Below are positions 9,622 through 18,476 of a stretch of 64,000 nucleotides of DNA, piece by piece. The translations under genes and the position numbers were made by a program. The stretch comes from Escherichia coli (GTDB lineage Bacteria > Pseudomonadota > Gammaproteobacteria > Enterobacterales > Enterobacteriaceae), in the NCBI RefSeq assembly GCF_044324875.1, contig NZ_CP172185.1, one strand, 5' to 3'. Numbering within the stretch: position 1 is the first letter of the stretch; every line of letters begins with the position of its first letter. The notes under the pieces were generated by a model, which saw nothing but the letters and a program-made list of their open reading frames with translations, ran no database searches and was not told where the DNA came from.

Positions 9622-9721
9622 ACTCTTCTTCCCGTCAATGGAAAAATTTTCACGTCCATATTACCTGACTGAGAGGCCGGATTAATGTGATCCGGTTCAG
9701 TGAAATCAACAGGATAACGGT

Positions 9722-10606
9722 ATGTCATTCAGCCATTCTTCCCTCTCCGCACACGTAAAGTCACATCTGACCTTTCTTCCTGAAGAAATTCGCCAGAAAA
9801 TCCTTGAACATCTTCGCAGCGTCATTCAGTACGAACCCGTTATTGGCATTATGGGTAAATCCGGTGCCGGAAAAAGCAGCCTGTGCAATGCCATTTTTCA
9901 GTCCCGTGTCTGCGCCACGCATCCGCTGAACGGCTGCACCCGTCAGGCTCATCGTCTTACCTTTCAGCCCGGTGAACGAAGAATGACGCTGGTCGATCTG
10001 CCCGGCACTGGCGAAACACCACAGCATGATCAGGAATACCGGGCACTTTACAGTCAGTTACTGCCCGAACTGGATCTGATTATCTGGATCCTGCGGGCTG
10101 ATGAACGTGCGTATGCTGCCGACATCGCCATGCATCAGTTTTTACTGAATGAAGGTGCCGATCCCTCGCGTTTTCTGTTTGTTCTCAGCCATGCCGATCG
10201 CATCCACCCGGCTGAAGAATGGAACAACCAGAGCAGCACGCCATCCCGTCAGCAGGAACTCTCACTGGCGACGGTGACAGCCCGGGTGGCAACCCTGTTC
10301 CCTTCATCATTTCCGGTACTCCCCATAGCCGCTCCTGCCGGCTGGAATCTTCCGGCATTTGTGTCTCTGATGATCCACGCCCTGCCACCACAGGCAACCA
10401 GCGCGGTTTATTCGCATATCCGGAATGAAAAGCGCACTGCGCAGGATCAGCAACACGCACAGCAGGCTTTTGGTGACGCCATCGGCCAGAGTTTTGACGC
10501 TGCCATTGCCCGGTTCAGCTTTCCGGCCTGGATGCTGCAGCTTCTGCGCAAAGCCCGTGATCGCATTATCCGCCTGCTGATCACACTGTGGGATCGCCTG
10601 TTCTGA
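9722..10606 (+). CDS. YeeP/YfjP-family GTPase (50S ribosome-binding GTPase-like)
   Basis: 294 aa; P-loop GIMGKSGAGKSS and DLPGTGE switch motif. Confidence 0.85.
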   Translation: MSFSHSSLSAHVKSHLTFLPEEIRQKILEHLRSVIQYEPVIGIMGKSGAGKSSLCNAIFQSRVCATHPLNGCTRQAHRLTFQPGERRMTLVDLPGTGETPQHDQEYRALYSQLLPELDLIIWILRADERAYAADIAMHQFLLNEGADPSRFLFVLSHADRIHPAEEWNNQSSTPSRQQELSLATVTARVATLFPSSFPVLPIAAPAGWNLPAFVSLMIHALPPQATSAVYSHIRNEKRTAQDQQHAQQAFGDAIGQSFDAAIARFSFPAWMLQLLRKARDRIIRLLITLWDRLF

Positions 10607-10791
10607 ATGTCCCCGCTTTTTGACCGGCCCCGGCGATAACCAGGAAACGCATTTCCGGTTGCGTCACCACAATGCTGAAGGGCTTCGGTAAACCCTCATT
10701 CATTTCATCCATCAGGCCGCGTCTTCTCCGTGAGACGCGGCTTTTTCATTGATTACGTCATTCAGTCTTAACCACTGATAAGGAGCAAAGT

Positions 10792-11610
10792 ATGCGATTA
10801 GCCAGTCGTTTTGGTTATGCGAACCAGATACGCCGTGACCGTCCGCTGACCCGTGAAGAGCTGATGCACCATGTGCCCGGGATTTTCGGGGAAGATAAAC
10901 ACACCTCCCGGAGCCGGAACTATACATACATCCCCACCATCACCGTGCTGGAAAGCCTGCAGCGGGAAGGCTTTCAGCCATTCTTCGCCTGCCAGACCCG
11001 CGTACGTGACCCGGGTCGCCGGGGGTATACCAAACACATGCTGCGTCTGCGCCGTGACGGGGAGATAAACGGACAACATGTCCCTGAAATTATTCTGCTC
11101 AACTCTCATGACGGTACCTCCAGCTACCAGATGCTGCCGGGTTACTTCAGGTTCGTCTGCCAGAACGGATGCGTCTGCGGTCAGTCTCGGGGGGAAGTGC
11201 GTGTTCCGCACCGGGGAAATGTGGTGGACAGAGTCATTGAAGGGGCTTACGAGGTGGTGGGCGTGTTTGACCGGATAGAGGAGAAGCGTGATGCCATGCA
11301 GTCGCTGGTCCTGCCGCCACCGGCACGCCAGGCGCTGGCACAGGCGGCACTGACTTACCGTTATGGTGACGAACATCAGCCCGTCACCACCGCCGACATT
11401 CTGACACCACGACGCCGGGAGGATTACGGTAAGGACCTGTGGAGTGCTTATCAGACCATCCAGGAGAATATGCTGAAAGGCGGGATTTCCGGTCGCAGTG
11501 CAAAAGGAAAACGTATCCATACCCGGGCCATTCACAGCATTGATACCGATATAAAACTCAACCGCGCATTGTGGGTGATGGCAGAAACGCTGCTGGAGAG
11601 CATGCGCTGA
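10792..11610 (+). CDS. DUF932-family protein (YfjQ/YafZ-like)
   Basis: 272 aa; position after the GTPase gene as in CP4-type islands. Confidence 0.7.
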   Translation: MRLASRFGYANQIRRDRPLTREELMHHVPGIFGEDKHTSRSRNYTYIPTITVLESLQREGFQPFFACQTRVRDPGRRGYTKHMLRLRRDGEINGQHVPEIILLNSHDGTSSYQMLPGYFRFVCQNGCVCGQSRGEVRVPHRGNVVDRVIEGAYEVVGVFDRIEEKRDAMQSLVLPPPARQALAQAALTYRYGDEHQPVTTADILTPRRREDYGKDLWSAYQTIQENMLKGGISGRSAKGKRIHTRAIHSIDTDIKLNRALWVMAETLLESMR

Positions 11611-11691
11611 TGCCGTTTCCCTGAGTGAGGGAATCATTCAGCTTTCGTTCCTGAAAAACACACATTTATTTGTTATTTAAGGCGTTATCTC

Positions 11692-12171
11692 ATGAAAACC
11701 GTTTCTCAGAATACCCCCACAATTTATTCAGCTACAACACCAGAGAATAATCCGCCTCAGTTGGTTGCCAGCCTCGTCCCTGATGAACAGCGCATCAGCT
11801 TCTGGCCGCAGCATTTTGGCCTCATTCCACAGTGGGTGACCCTGGAGCCCCGTGTCTTCGGCTGGATGGACCGTCTGTGCGAAGACTACTGCGGTGGTAT
11901 CTGGAATCTGTACACCCTGAACAACGGCGGGGCATTTATGGCCCCCGAACCGGATGATGATGATGACGAAACATGGGTACTGTTCAATGCCATGAACGGT
12001 AACCGCGCTGAAATGAGCCCGGAAGCCGCCGGCATTGCCGCCTGTCTGATGACGTACAGTCATCACGCCTGCCGTACGGAGTGTTATGCCATGACGGTTC
12101 ATTATTACCGTCTGCGGGATTACGCCCTGCAGCATCCGGAATGCAGCGCCATTATGCGCATCATTGACTGA
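11692..12171 (+). CDS. Antirestriction protein, KlcA/ArdB family (YfjX/YafX-like)
   Basis: 159 aa; acidic DDDDDE stretch, conserved island order. Confidence 0.75.
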   Translation: MKTVSQNTPTIYSATTPENNPPQLVASLVPDEQRISFWPQHFGLIPQWVTLEPRVFGWMDRLCEDYCGGIWNLYTLNNGGAFMAPEPDDDDDETWVLFNAMNGNRAEMSPEAAGIAACLMTYSHHACRTECYAMTVHYYRLRDYALQHPECSAIMRIID

Positions 12172-12186
12172 AAGGGGGCCGGAACA

Positions 12187-12663
12187 ATGCAACAGATTTC
12201 CTTTCTGCCCGGAGAAATGACAACCAGAGAGCGCAGCCTCATTCAGCGGGCCCTGAAAGCCCTGGACCGCCATCTTCATGAACCCGGCGTGGCCTTCACC
12301 TCCACGCATGCGGCACGGGAATGGCTGATTCTGAACATGGCGGGACTGGAGCGTGAAGAATTCCGGGTGCTGTATCTGAATAACCAGAATCAGCTGATTG
12401 CCGGTGAAACCCTCTTCACCGGCACCATCAACCGCACGGAAGTCCATCCCCGGGAAGTGATTAAACGCGCCCTGTACCACAATGCCGCTGCCGTGGTGCT
12501 GGCGCACAATCACCCGTCCGGTGAAGTCACACCCAGCAAGGCAGACCGCCTTATCACGGAACGTCTGGTACAGGCGCTGGCCCTGGTGGATATCCGGGTG
12601 CCGGACCATCTGATAGTCGGTGGCAGCCAGGTTTTCTCCTTTGCCGAACATGGTCTGCTTTAA
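12187..12663 (+). CDS. RadC-like JAB-domain protein (YeeS/YfjY-like)
   Basis: 158 aa; JAMM-like HNHPSGEVTPSKAD motif. Confidence 0.85.
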   Translation: MQQISFLPGEMTTRERSLIQRALKALDRHLHEPGVAFTSTHAAREWLILNMAGLEREEFRVLYLNNQNQLIAGETLFTGTINRTEVHPREVIKRALYHNAAAVVLAHNHPSGEVTPSKADRLITERLVQALALVDIRVPDHLIVGGSQVFSFAEHGLL

Positions 12664-12725
12664 CCCGTCACAACCACATCACACCTGTTTTCACTTTTAT
12701 CTTCTGTCTTCAGAGGTATCCCATT

Positions 12726-12947
12726 ATGAAAATCATCACCCGTGGTGAAGCCATGCGTATTCACCAACAGCATCCTGCATCCCGTCTTTTTCCGTTCTGT
12801 ACCGGCAAATACCGCTGGCACGGCAGCACTGAAACGTATACCGGTCGTGAAGTGCAGGATATTCCCGGTGTGCTGGCTGTGTTTGCAGAACGTCGTAAGG
12901 ACAGTTTTGGCCCGTATGTCCGGCTGATGAGCGTCACCCTGAACTGA
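12726..12947 (+). CDS. YeeT-family (DUF987) small protein
   Basis: 73 aa, MKIITRGEAMRIHQQHP...; position before the antitoxin gene. Confidence 0.75.
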   Translation: MKIITRGEAMRIHQQHPASRLFPFCTGKYRWHGSTETYTGREVQDIPGVLAVFAERRKDSFGPYVRLMSVTLN

Positions 12948-12961
12948 GTCAGGGCATTCTG

Positions 12962-13594
12962 ATGAGCAGAATTATCACCATCACAGTGTATACGCTGGAT
13001 GAACTTTCCTGCCCGGCACGGGAAAAAGCCCGCGACGGGTACCGTCAGCATCATGCTGACAGCAACTGGTATGAAAACGTGTATGAGGACGTCAGGGAGG
13101 TCTGTGGCATTTTCGGAATTGACCTCTGCCAGCGTGTTATCCGTCTCAGCAACGGCAGGTTTATGGAAGAGCCGTGCATCTGGTTCAGCGGATTCTGCAG
13201 CCAGGGACGGAGCCTGTTTTGAAGGACGCTGGCACTGGCAGTCAGCAACAACCAGGAGAGTCCGGGAGTATGCCCCGCAGAACCGTGAGCTTCATCGTAT
13301 CGCGGATGCCCTGCAGGCGGTGCAGAAACGTAACTTCTGGCAACTGCAGGCTGAAATCCACCACCGGGGACGTTACTGCCATCCGTTATCACTGTTACCC
13401 GGAACAGTCCGACTGGTCAGGCTATGACAGCCGATGCGGAAGCCGCTGTCAGCGAAGCCCTGCGCGACCTGGCCTTCTGGCTGTACCGTCAACTGGAAAA
13501 CGAGTACGACCAGATGACCTCAGACGCCGCTGTGGATGAGGCCATTCTCATCAATGCATACATCTTCACCGAAACCGGTCAGCGCACCGGCTGA
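12962..13594 (+). pseudogene. Apparently disrupted gene: protein-like segments in three reading-frame pieces (12962-13222, about 13200-13427, 13424-13594)
   Basis: All three segments translate to plausible protein sequence but are separated by frame changes; the last piece (57 aa) is below the ORF-track threshold. Confidence 0.35.
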
Positions 13595-13643
13595 CCTGTC
13601 ATCGTTAAACCATTCTTAACCACTTTTCAGAGAGGATTTTATC

Positions 13644-14012
13644 GTGTCAGACACACTCTCCGGGATAACTCATCCCGACGACAATCACGACCGCCCCTGG
13701 TGGGGGCTTCCCTGCACAGTGAGGCCCTGTTTTGGCGCCCGTCTGGTGCAGGAGGGTAACCGCCTGCATTACCTTGCCGACCGCGCCGGCATCAGAGGCC
13801 GGTTCAGCGATGCGGATGCATACCATCTGGACCAGGCCTTTCCGCTGCTGATGAAACAACTGGAACTCATGCTCACCAGCGGTGAACTGAATCCCCGCCA
13901 TCAGCATACCGTGACACTGTATGCGAAGGGGCTGACCTGCGAAGCCGACACCCTCGGCAGTTGTGGTTACGTTTATCTGGCTGTTTATCCGACGCCCGAA
14001 ACGAAAAAGTAA
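13644..14012 (+). CDS. Type IV antitoxin, CbeA/YeeU/YfjZ family
   Basis: 122 aa, near-identical to recalled YeeU (MSDTL.G.T.PDDNHDRPWWGLPCTV...TPETKK). Confidence 0.9.
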   Translation: MSDTLSGITHPDDNHDRPWWGLPCTVRPCFGARLVQEGNRLHYLADRAGIRGRFSDADAYHLDQAFPLLMKQLELMLTSGELNPRHQHTVTLYAKGLTCEADTLGSCGYVYLAVYPTPETKK

Positions 14013-14102
14013 ACCACCGGAATAACCTTCTGCTCCGGCCAGGTGTTTTCACCACGCCACTCTCCCCATAATTTAATCTCTCATATCAGGAAAATCTTCA
14101 GT

Positions 14103-14513
14103 ATGAAATTATTACCCGACACACATGTACGGGAGGCATCGTGCTGCCCGTCTCCCGTCACCATCTGGCAGACACTGCTCATCCGTCTGCTGGACCAGCA
14201 CTATGGCCTCACACTGAATGACACACCGTTCGCTGATGAACGTGTGATTGAGCAGCATATTGAGGCCGGCATTTCACTGTGCGATGCGGTGAACTTTCTC
14301 GTTGAAAAATACGCACTGGTACGTACCGACCAGCCGGGATTCAGCGCAGGAGCCCCGTCGCAGTTAATCAACAGCATCGATATTCTCCGGGCCCGCCGGG
14401 CAACAGGCCTGATGACACGTAATAACTACAGAATGGTAAATAACATTACCCTGGGTAGCATCCGGGGGCGAAACGATGAAACTTTCCCTGACGCTGGAAG
14501 CCGACAGCATTAA
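14103..14513 (+). CDS. Type IV toxin, CbtA/YeeV/YpjF family
   Basis: Start trimmed to MKLLPDT; [67 protein letters not shown] matches YeeV. Confidence 0.85.
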   Translation: MKLLPDTHVREASCCPSPVTIWQTLLIRLLDQHYGLTLNDTPFADERVIEQHIEAGISLCDAVNFLVEKYALVRTDQPGFSAGAPSQLINSIDILRARRATGLMTRNNYRMVNNITLGSIRGRNDETFPDAGSRQH

Positions 14514-14898
14514 CGTGCAGGCACTGAACATGGGGCGCATTGTCGTTGACATTGATGGTGTAAATCTCGCTGAACTGATTAACAAGGTCGCTGAATACGG
14601 TTATTCACTCCGCGTGGTGGATGAACGTGACGCTACCGAAACACCGGCGACTTCTGCCAGCTCTCATCAGTTGCCGGAAGACAATACAGTGATACAGAGC
14701 GTGATGCCATTAACCACTGAAACAGCGCTGGATATCCTCATTGCGTGGCTGCAGGACAATATCGACTGCGGGTCCGGAATTATTTTCGACAACGATGAGG
14801 ATAAAACGGATTCGGCAGCACTGCTGCCCTGTATTGAACAGGCCAGGGAGGATATCCGTACCCTGCACCAACTGCAACTTCTGCACCAGAACCGGTGA
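14476..14898 (+). CDS. YeeW-like protein
   Basis: 140 aa; overlaps the 3' end of the toxin gene, as yeeW follows yeeV in CP4-44. Confidence 0.55.
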   Translation: MKLSLTLEADSINVQALNMGRIVVDIDGVNLAELINKVAEYGYSLRVVDERDATETPATSASSHQLPEDNTVIQSVMPLTTETALDILIAWLQDNIDCGSGIIFDNDEDKTDSAALLPCIEQAREDIRTLHQLQLLHQNR

Positions 14899-14982
14899 AT
14901 CTCACTCACCAGACTTCATTCTCCTGACGCCAGCCTGAACAGAGCTGGCGTTTTCGTTTATAAACAGAAAGGAAACCCCATA

Positions 14983-15768
14983 ATGTCATATATCACAATC
15001 CCCCACCCGAACGCGGTCAACGGACATACAGCCGTTATCTGTTCCACAAGTATCAGACACATCCTGGCTGTACGAAAGAGTACACTGCTGCAAATCGACA
15101 CGCTTATCCGGCAACTGACAGAAATCTCAGCACTGACGGAAAGTATTGGCGGTAAAGCCGCCCCGGACTGGGCCATGAAACAGGATTTTCGCTGTGGCTG
15201 CTGGCTGAAGGAGAAACAGGAAACCGCAATGAAAGCCATTACCCGGAATCTTGACCGCGAAATCTGGCGTAACCTGATGCAGCGTTCCGGGATGCTTTCC
15301 TTAATGGATGCACAGGCACGTGATACATGGTACAGGTCACTGGAATATGATAATTTTCCGGAAATCAGTGAAGCGAACATTCTGAGCACATTTGAACAAC
15401 TGCACCAGAATAAGGATGAAGTGTTTGAGCGGGGGGTGATCAACCTCTTCAAAGGGCTGAGCTGGGATTACAAAACCAACTCACCCTGTAAATTTGGCAG
15501 TAAAATTATCGTCAACAATCTGGTGAGGTGGGACCAGTGGGGATTTCATCTTATCAGTGGAATGCAGGCAGATCGCCTGGCTGACCTGGAAAGAATGTTG
15601 CATCTGCTCAGCGGTAAACCGATCCCCGACAACCGGGGAATATCACCATTAATCTGGATGACCACATACAGTCCGTTCAGGGTAAAGGACGCTATGAAGA
15701 TGAGATGTTCATCATTAAATACTTTAAGAAGGGAGCTGCACACATCACTTTCAAAAGGCTGGAGCTGA
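14983..15768 (+). CDS. Hypothetical protein, last gene of the island (possibly DUF4942-like)
   Basis: 261 aa ATG-initiated ORF; family assignment from memory is tentative. Confidence 0.5.
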   Translation: MSYITIPHPNAVNGHTAVICSTSIRHILAVRKSTLLQIDTLIRQLTEISALTESIGGKAAPDWAMKQDFRCGCWLKEKQETAMKAITRNLDREIWRNLMQRSGMLSLMDAQARDTWYRSLEYDNFPEISEANILSTFEQLHQNKDEVFERGVINLFKGLSWDYKTNSPCKFGSKIIVNNLVRWDQWGFHLISGMQADRLADLERMLHLLSGKPIPDNRGISPLIWMTTYSPFRVKDAMKMRCSSLNTLRRELHTSLSKGWS

Positions 15769-15935
15769 TTGACAGAATTAACGATATAATAGCCAGGCAC
15801 TTTCCTTCTGTGCTCTCAGCCTGACCCCGAGTTTGATTCCCTTTCGATATCAAAAGGGACTGCGGGTACAAAAGAGGGTACATCTTTCACCAAACCAAAC
15901 AAAATAAACCAATATCAACACGATAGAAGCATTCT

Positions 15936-15957
15936 TCGATTCCGAGTCCGGCACCAA
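15936..15957 (+). repeat. 3' fragment of tRNA-Phe (pheU attachment-site remnant)
   Basis: TTCGATTCCGAGTCCGGCACCA matches the pheU 3' end (one G fewer); upstream sequence does not match the rest of the tRNA. Confidence 0.7.
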
Positions 15958-15967
15958 ATTCATATAA

Positions 15968-15993
15968 ACGGACCTCCACGGAGGTCCGTTTTT
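15968..15993 (+). terminator. Rho-independent terminator (native pheU terminator)
   Basis: CGGACCTCC-AC-GGAGGTCCG stem followed by TTTTT. Confidence 0.6.
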
Positions 15994-16572
15994 CGTTTCA
16001 GGACGCCACAATTTAAGCGTTCTGCCTAAAAATCATTTCTACCGAACTCAACCAGATTCTCCCCACATCACCAGCAATTTGCGGGCATATCCCAATTCGG
16101 GGAAATGTGTTCCTGAGCTATAGCACTGACTGACGTGAAATGTCGTGCGGCCCCGTGATGCTGTTGAACGTCAAATGACGTCATCAGGAGCGTAACGCAT
16201 CCATAAAGCACAACATCGGGCAGAACGCCGACTGATGAGATTTTCTGAATGAGAACAAAGAGAAATGTATCAGTCCGCTTGCTCATGCAAAGACTAACAA
16301 TCCATAAAAATAGTAAGCGCTCCGGGCAATTTTCCATGGATTATTTTCTGAACATTTTTCTTTGGCAAAGATGATGAATTTTGATGGTAAGGAATATTAC
16401 TTCTGGTTCTCAGTAAAATCCTTTCGTAATACTATGTGATCAAGAAGTTTATGGCTGGTAAAAATAACGTCTTGCATTCACCAATAATATGTAAATAAAC
16501 CCATCTATAGATGGTAAAAATAGGTTGTGGCAATTATCATTGCATCATTCCCTTTTCGAATGAGTTTCTATT

Positions 16573-18111
16573 ATGCAACAACCTGTAGTTCGCGTTGGCG
16601 AATGGCTTGTTACTCCGTCCATAAACCAAATTAGCCGCAATGGGCGTCAACTTACCCTTGAGCCGAGATTAATCGATCTTCTGGTTTTCTTTGCTCAACA
16701 CAGTGGCGAAGTACTTAGCAGGGATGAACTTATCGATAATGTCTGGAAGAGAAGTATTGTCACCAATCACGTTGTGACGCAGAGTATCTCAGAACTACGT
16801 AAGTCATTAAAAGATAATGATGAAGATAGTCCTGTCTATATCGCTACTGTACCAAAGCGCGGCTATAAATTAATGGTGCCGGTTATCTGGTACAGCGAAG
16901 AAGAGGGAGAGGAAATAATGCTATCTTCGCCTCCCCCTATACCAGAGGCGGTTCCTGACACAGATTCTCCCTCCCACAGTCTTAACATTCAAAACACCGC
17001 AACACCACCTGAACAATCCCCTGTTAAAAGCAAACGATTCACTACCTTTTGGGTATGGTTTTTTTTCCTGTTGTCGTTAGGTATCTGTGTAGCACTGGTA
17101 GCGTTTTCAAGTCTTGATACACGTCTTCCGATGAGCAAATCGCGTATTTTGCTCAATCCACGCGATATTGACATTAATATGGTAAATAAAAGTTGTAACA
17201 GCTGGAGTTCCCCGTATCAGCTCTCTTACGCGATAGGCGTGGGTGATTTGGTGGCGACATCACTTAACACCTTCTCCACCTTTATGGTGCATGACAAAAT
17301 CAACTACAACATTGATGAACCGAGCAGTTCCGGTAAAACATTATCTATTGCGTTTGTTAATCAGCGCCAATACCGTGCTCAACAATGCTTTATGTCGGTA
17401 AAATTGGTAGACAATGCAGATGGTTCAACCATGCTGGATAAACGTTATGTCATCACTAACGGTAATCAGCTGGCGATTCAAAATGATTTACTCCAGAGTT
17501 TATCAAAAGCGTTAAACCAACCGTGGCCACAACGAATGCAGGAGATGCTCCAGCAAATTTTGCCTCATCGTGGTGCGTTATTAACTAATTTTTATCAGGC
17601 TCATGATTATTTACTGCATGGCGATGATAAATCATTGAACCGTGCCAGTGAATTACTAGGTGAGATTGTTCAATCATCCCCCGAATTTACCTACGCGAGA
17701 GCAGAAAAAGCATTAGTTGATATCGTGCGCCATTCTCAACATCCTTTGGATGAAAAACAATTAGCAGCACTGAACACAGAAATAAATAACATTGTTACAC
17801 TACCGGAATTGAATAACCTGTCCATTATATATCAAATAAAAGCGGTCAGTGCTCTGGTAAAAGGTAAAACAGATGAGTCTTACCAGGCGATAAATACTGG
17901 CATTGATCTTGAAATGTCCTGGCTAAATTATGTGTTGCTTGGCAAGGTTTATGAAATGAAGGGGATGAACCGGGAAGCAGCTGATGCATATCTCACCGCC
18001 TTTAATTTACGCCCAGGGGCAAACACCCTTTACTGGATTGAAAATGGTATATTCCAGACTTCTGTTCCTTATGTTGTACCTTATCTCGACAAATTTCTCG
18101 CTTCAGAATAA
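16573..18111 (+). CDS. cadC: CadC, membrane-bound ToxR-like activator of cadBA
   Basis: 512 aa, matches E. coli CadC. Confidence 0.95.
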   Translation: MQQPVVRVGEWLVTPSINQISRNGRQLTLEPRLIDLLVFFAQHSGEVLSRDELIDNVWKRSIVTNHVVTQSISELRKSLKDNDEDSPVYIATVPKRGYKLMVPVIWYSEEEGEEIMLSSPPPIPEAVPDTDSPSHSLNIQNTATPPEQSPVKSKRFTTFWVWFFFLLSLGICVALVAFSSLDTRLPMSKSRILLNPRDIDINMVNKSCNSWSSPYQLSYAIGVGDLVATSLNTFSTFMVHDKINYNIDEPSSSGKTLSIAFVNQRQYRAQQCFMSVKLVDNADGSTMLDKRYVITNGNQLAIQNDLLQSLSKALNQPWPQRMQEMLQQILPHRGALLTNFYQAHDYLLHGDDKSLNRASELLGEIVQSSPEFTYARAEKALVDIVRHSQHPLDEKQLAALNTEINNIVTLPELNNLSIIYQIKAVSALVKGKTDESYQAINTGIDLEMSWLNYVLLGKVYEMKGMNREAADAYLTAFNLRPGANTLYWIENGIFQTSVPYVVPYLDKFLASE

Positions 18112-18476
18112 GTAACTCCCGGGTTGATTTATGCTCGGGAATATTTGTTGTTGAGTTTTTGTATGTTCCTGTTGGTATAATATGTTGCGGCAATTTATTT
18201 GCCGCATAATTTTTATCACATAAATTTAACCAGGAAATATCCCGCAATCCATTGTAAACATTGAATGTTTATCTTTTCATGATATCAACTTGCGATCCTG
18301 ATGTGTTAATAAAAAACCTCAAGTTCTCACTTACAGAAACTTTTGTGTTATTTCACCTAATCTTTAGGATTAATCCTTTTTTCGTGAGTATTCTTAGCGC
18401 CAGTTTGGTCTGGTCAGGAAATAGTTATACATCATGACCCGGACTCCAAATTCAAAAATGAAATTAGGAGAAGAGC
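18112..18476 (+). promoter_or_regulatory. cadBA promoter region (Pcad, CadC-binding region)
   Basis: Intergenic cadC-cadB; assigned from known locus organisation, individual sites not resolved. Confidence 0.45.

Larger units (their letters stand above)
1..15957. mobile_element. Distal part of a pheU-associated genomic island (CP4-57/CP4-44-like backbone plus PTS cargo); left end outside window
   Basis: tRNA-Phe 3' fragment at 15936-15957 followed by conserved pheU-cadC flank; island-type gene set (alpA, Gp2-family, YeeP-like GTPase, DUF932, KlcA, RadC-like, YeeT, CbeA/CbtA, YeeW); no integrase or intact tRNA in window. Confidence 0.7.

Noticed and set aside
10798-12651. Long minus-strand ORFs (279 and 307 aa) antisense to the DUF932, KlcA and RadC-like genes
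   Set aside because: Arg/Gly/His-rich, non-protein-like translations typical of antisense frames in GC-rich coding DNA; the sense-strand genes match known families.
15936-15957. Complete tRNA-Phe gene
   Set aside because: Only the 3'-terminal 22 nt match; upstream sequence does not encode the acceptor, D or anticodon arms.
16068-16337. 89-aa minus-strand ORF between the pheU remnant and cadC, considered as a possible integrase remnant
   Set aside because: The translation shows no integrase-like motifs and no good start context; I cannot support a call.
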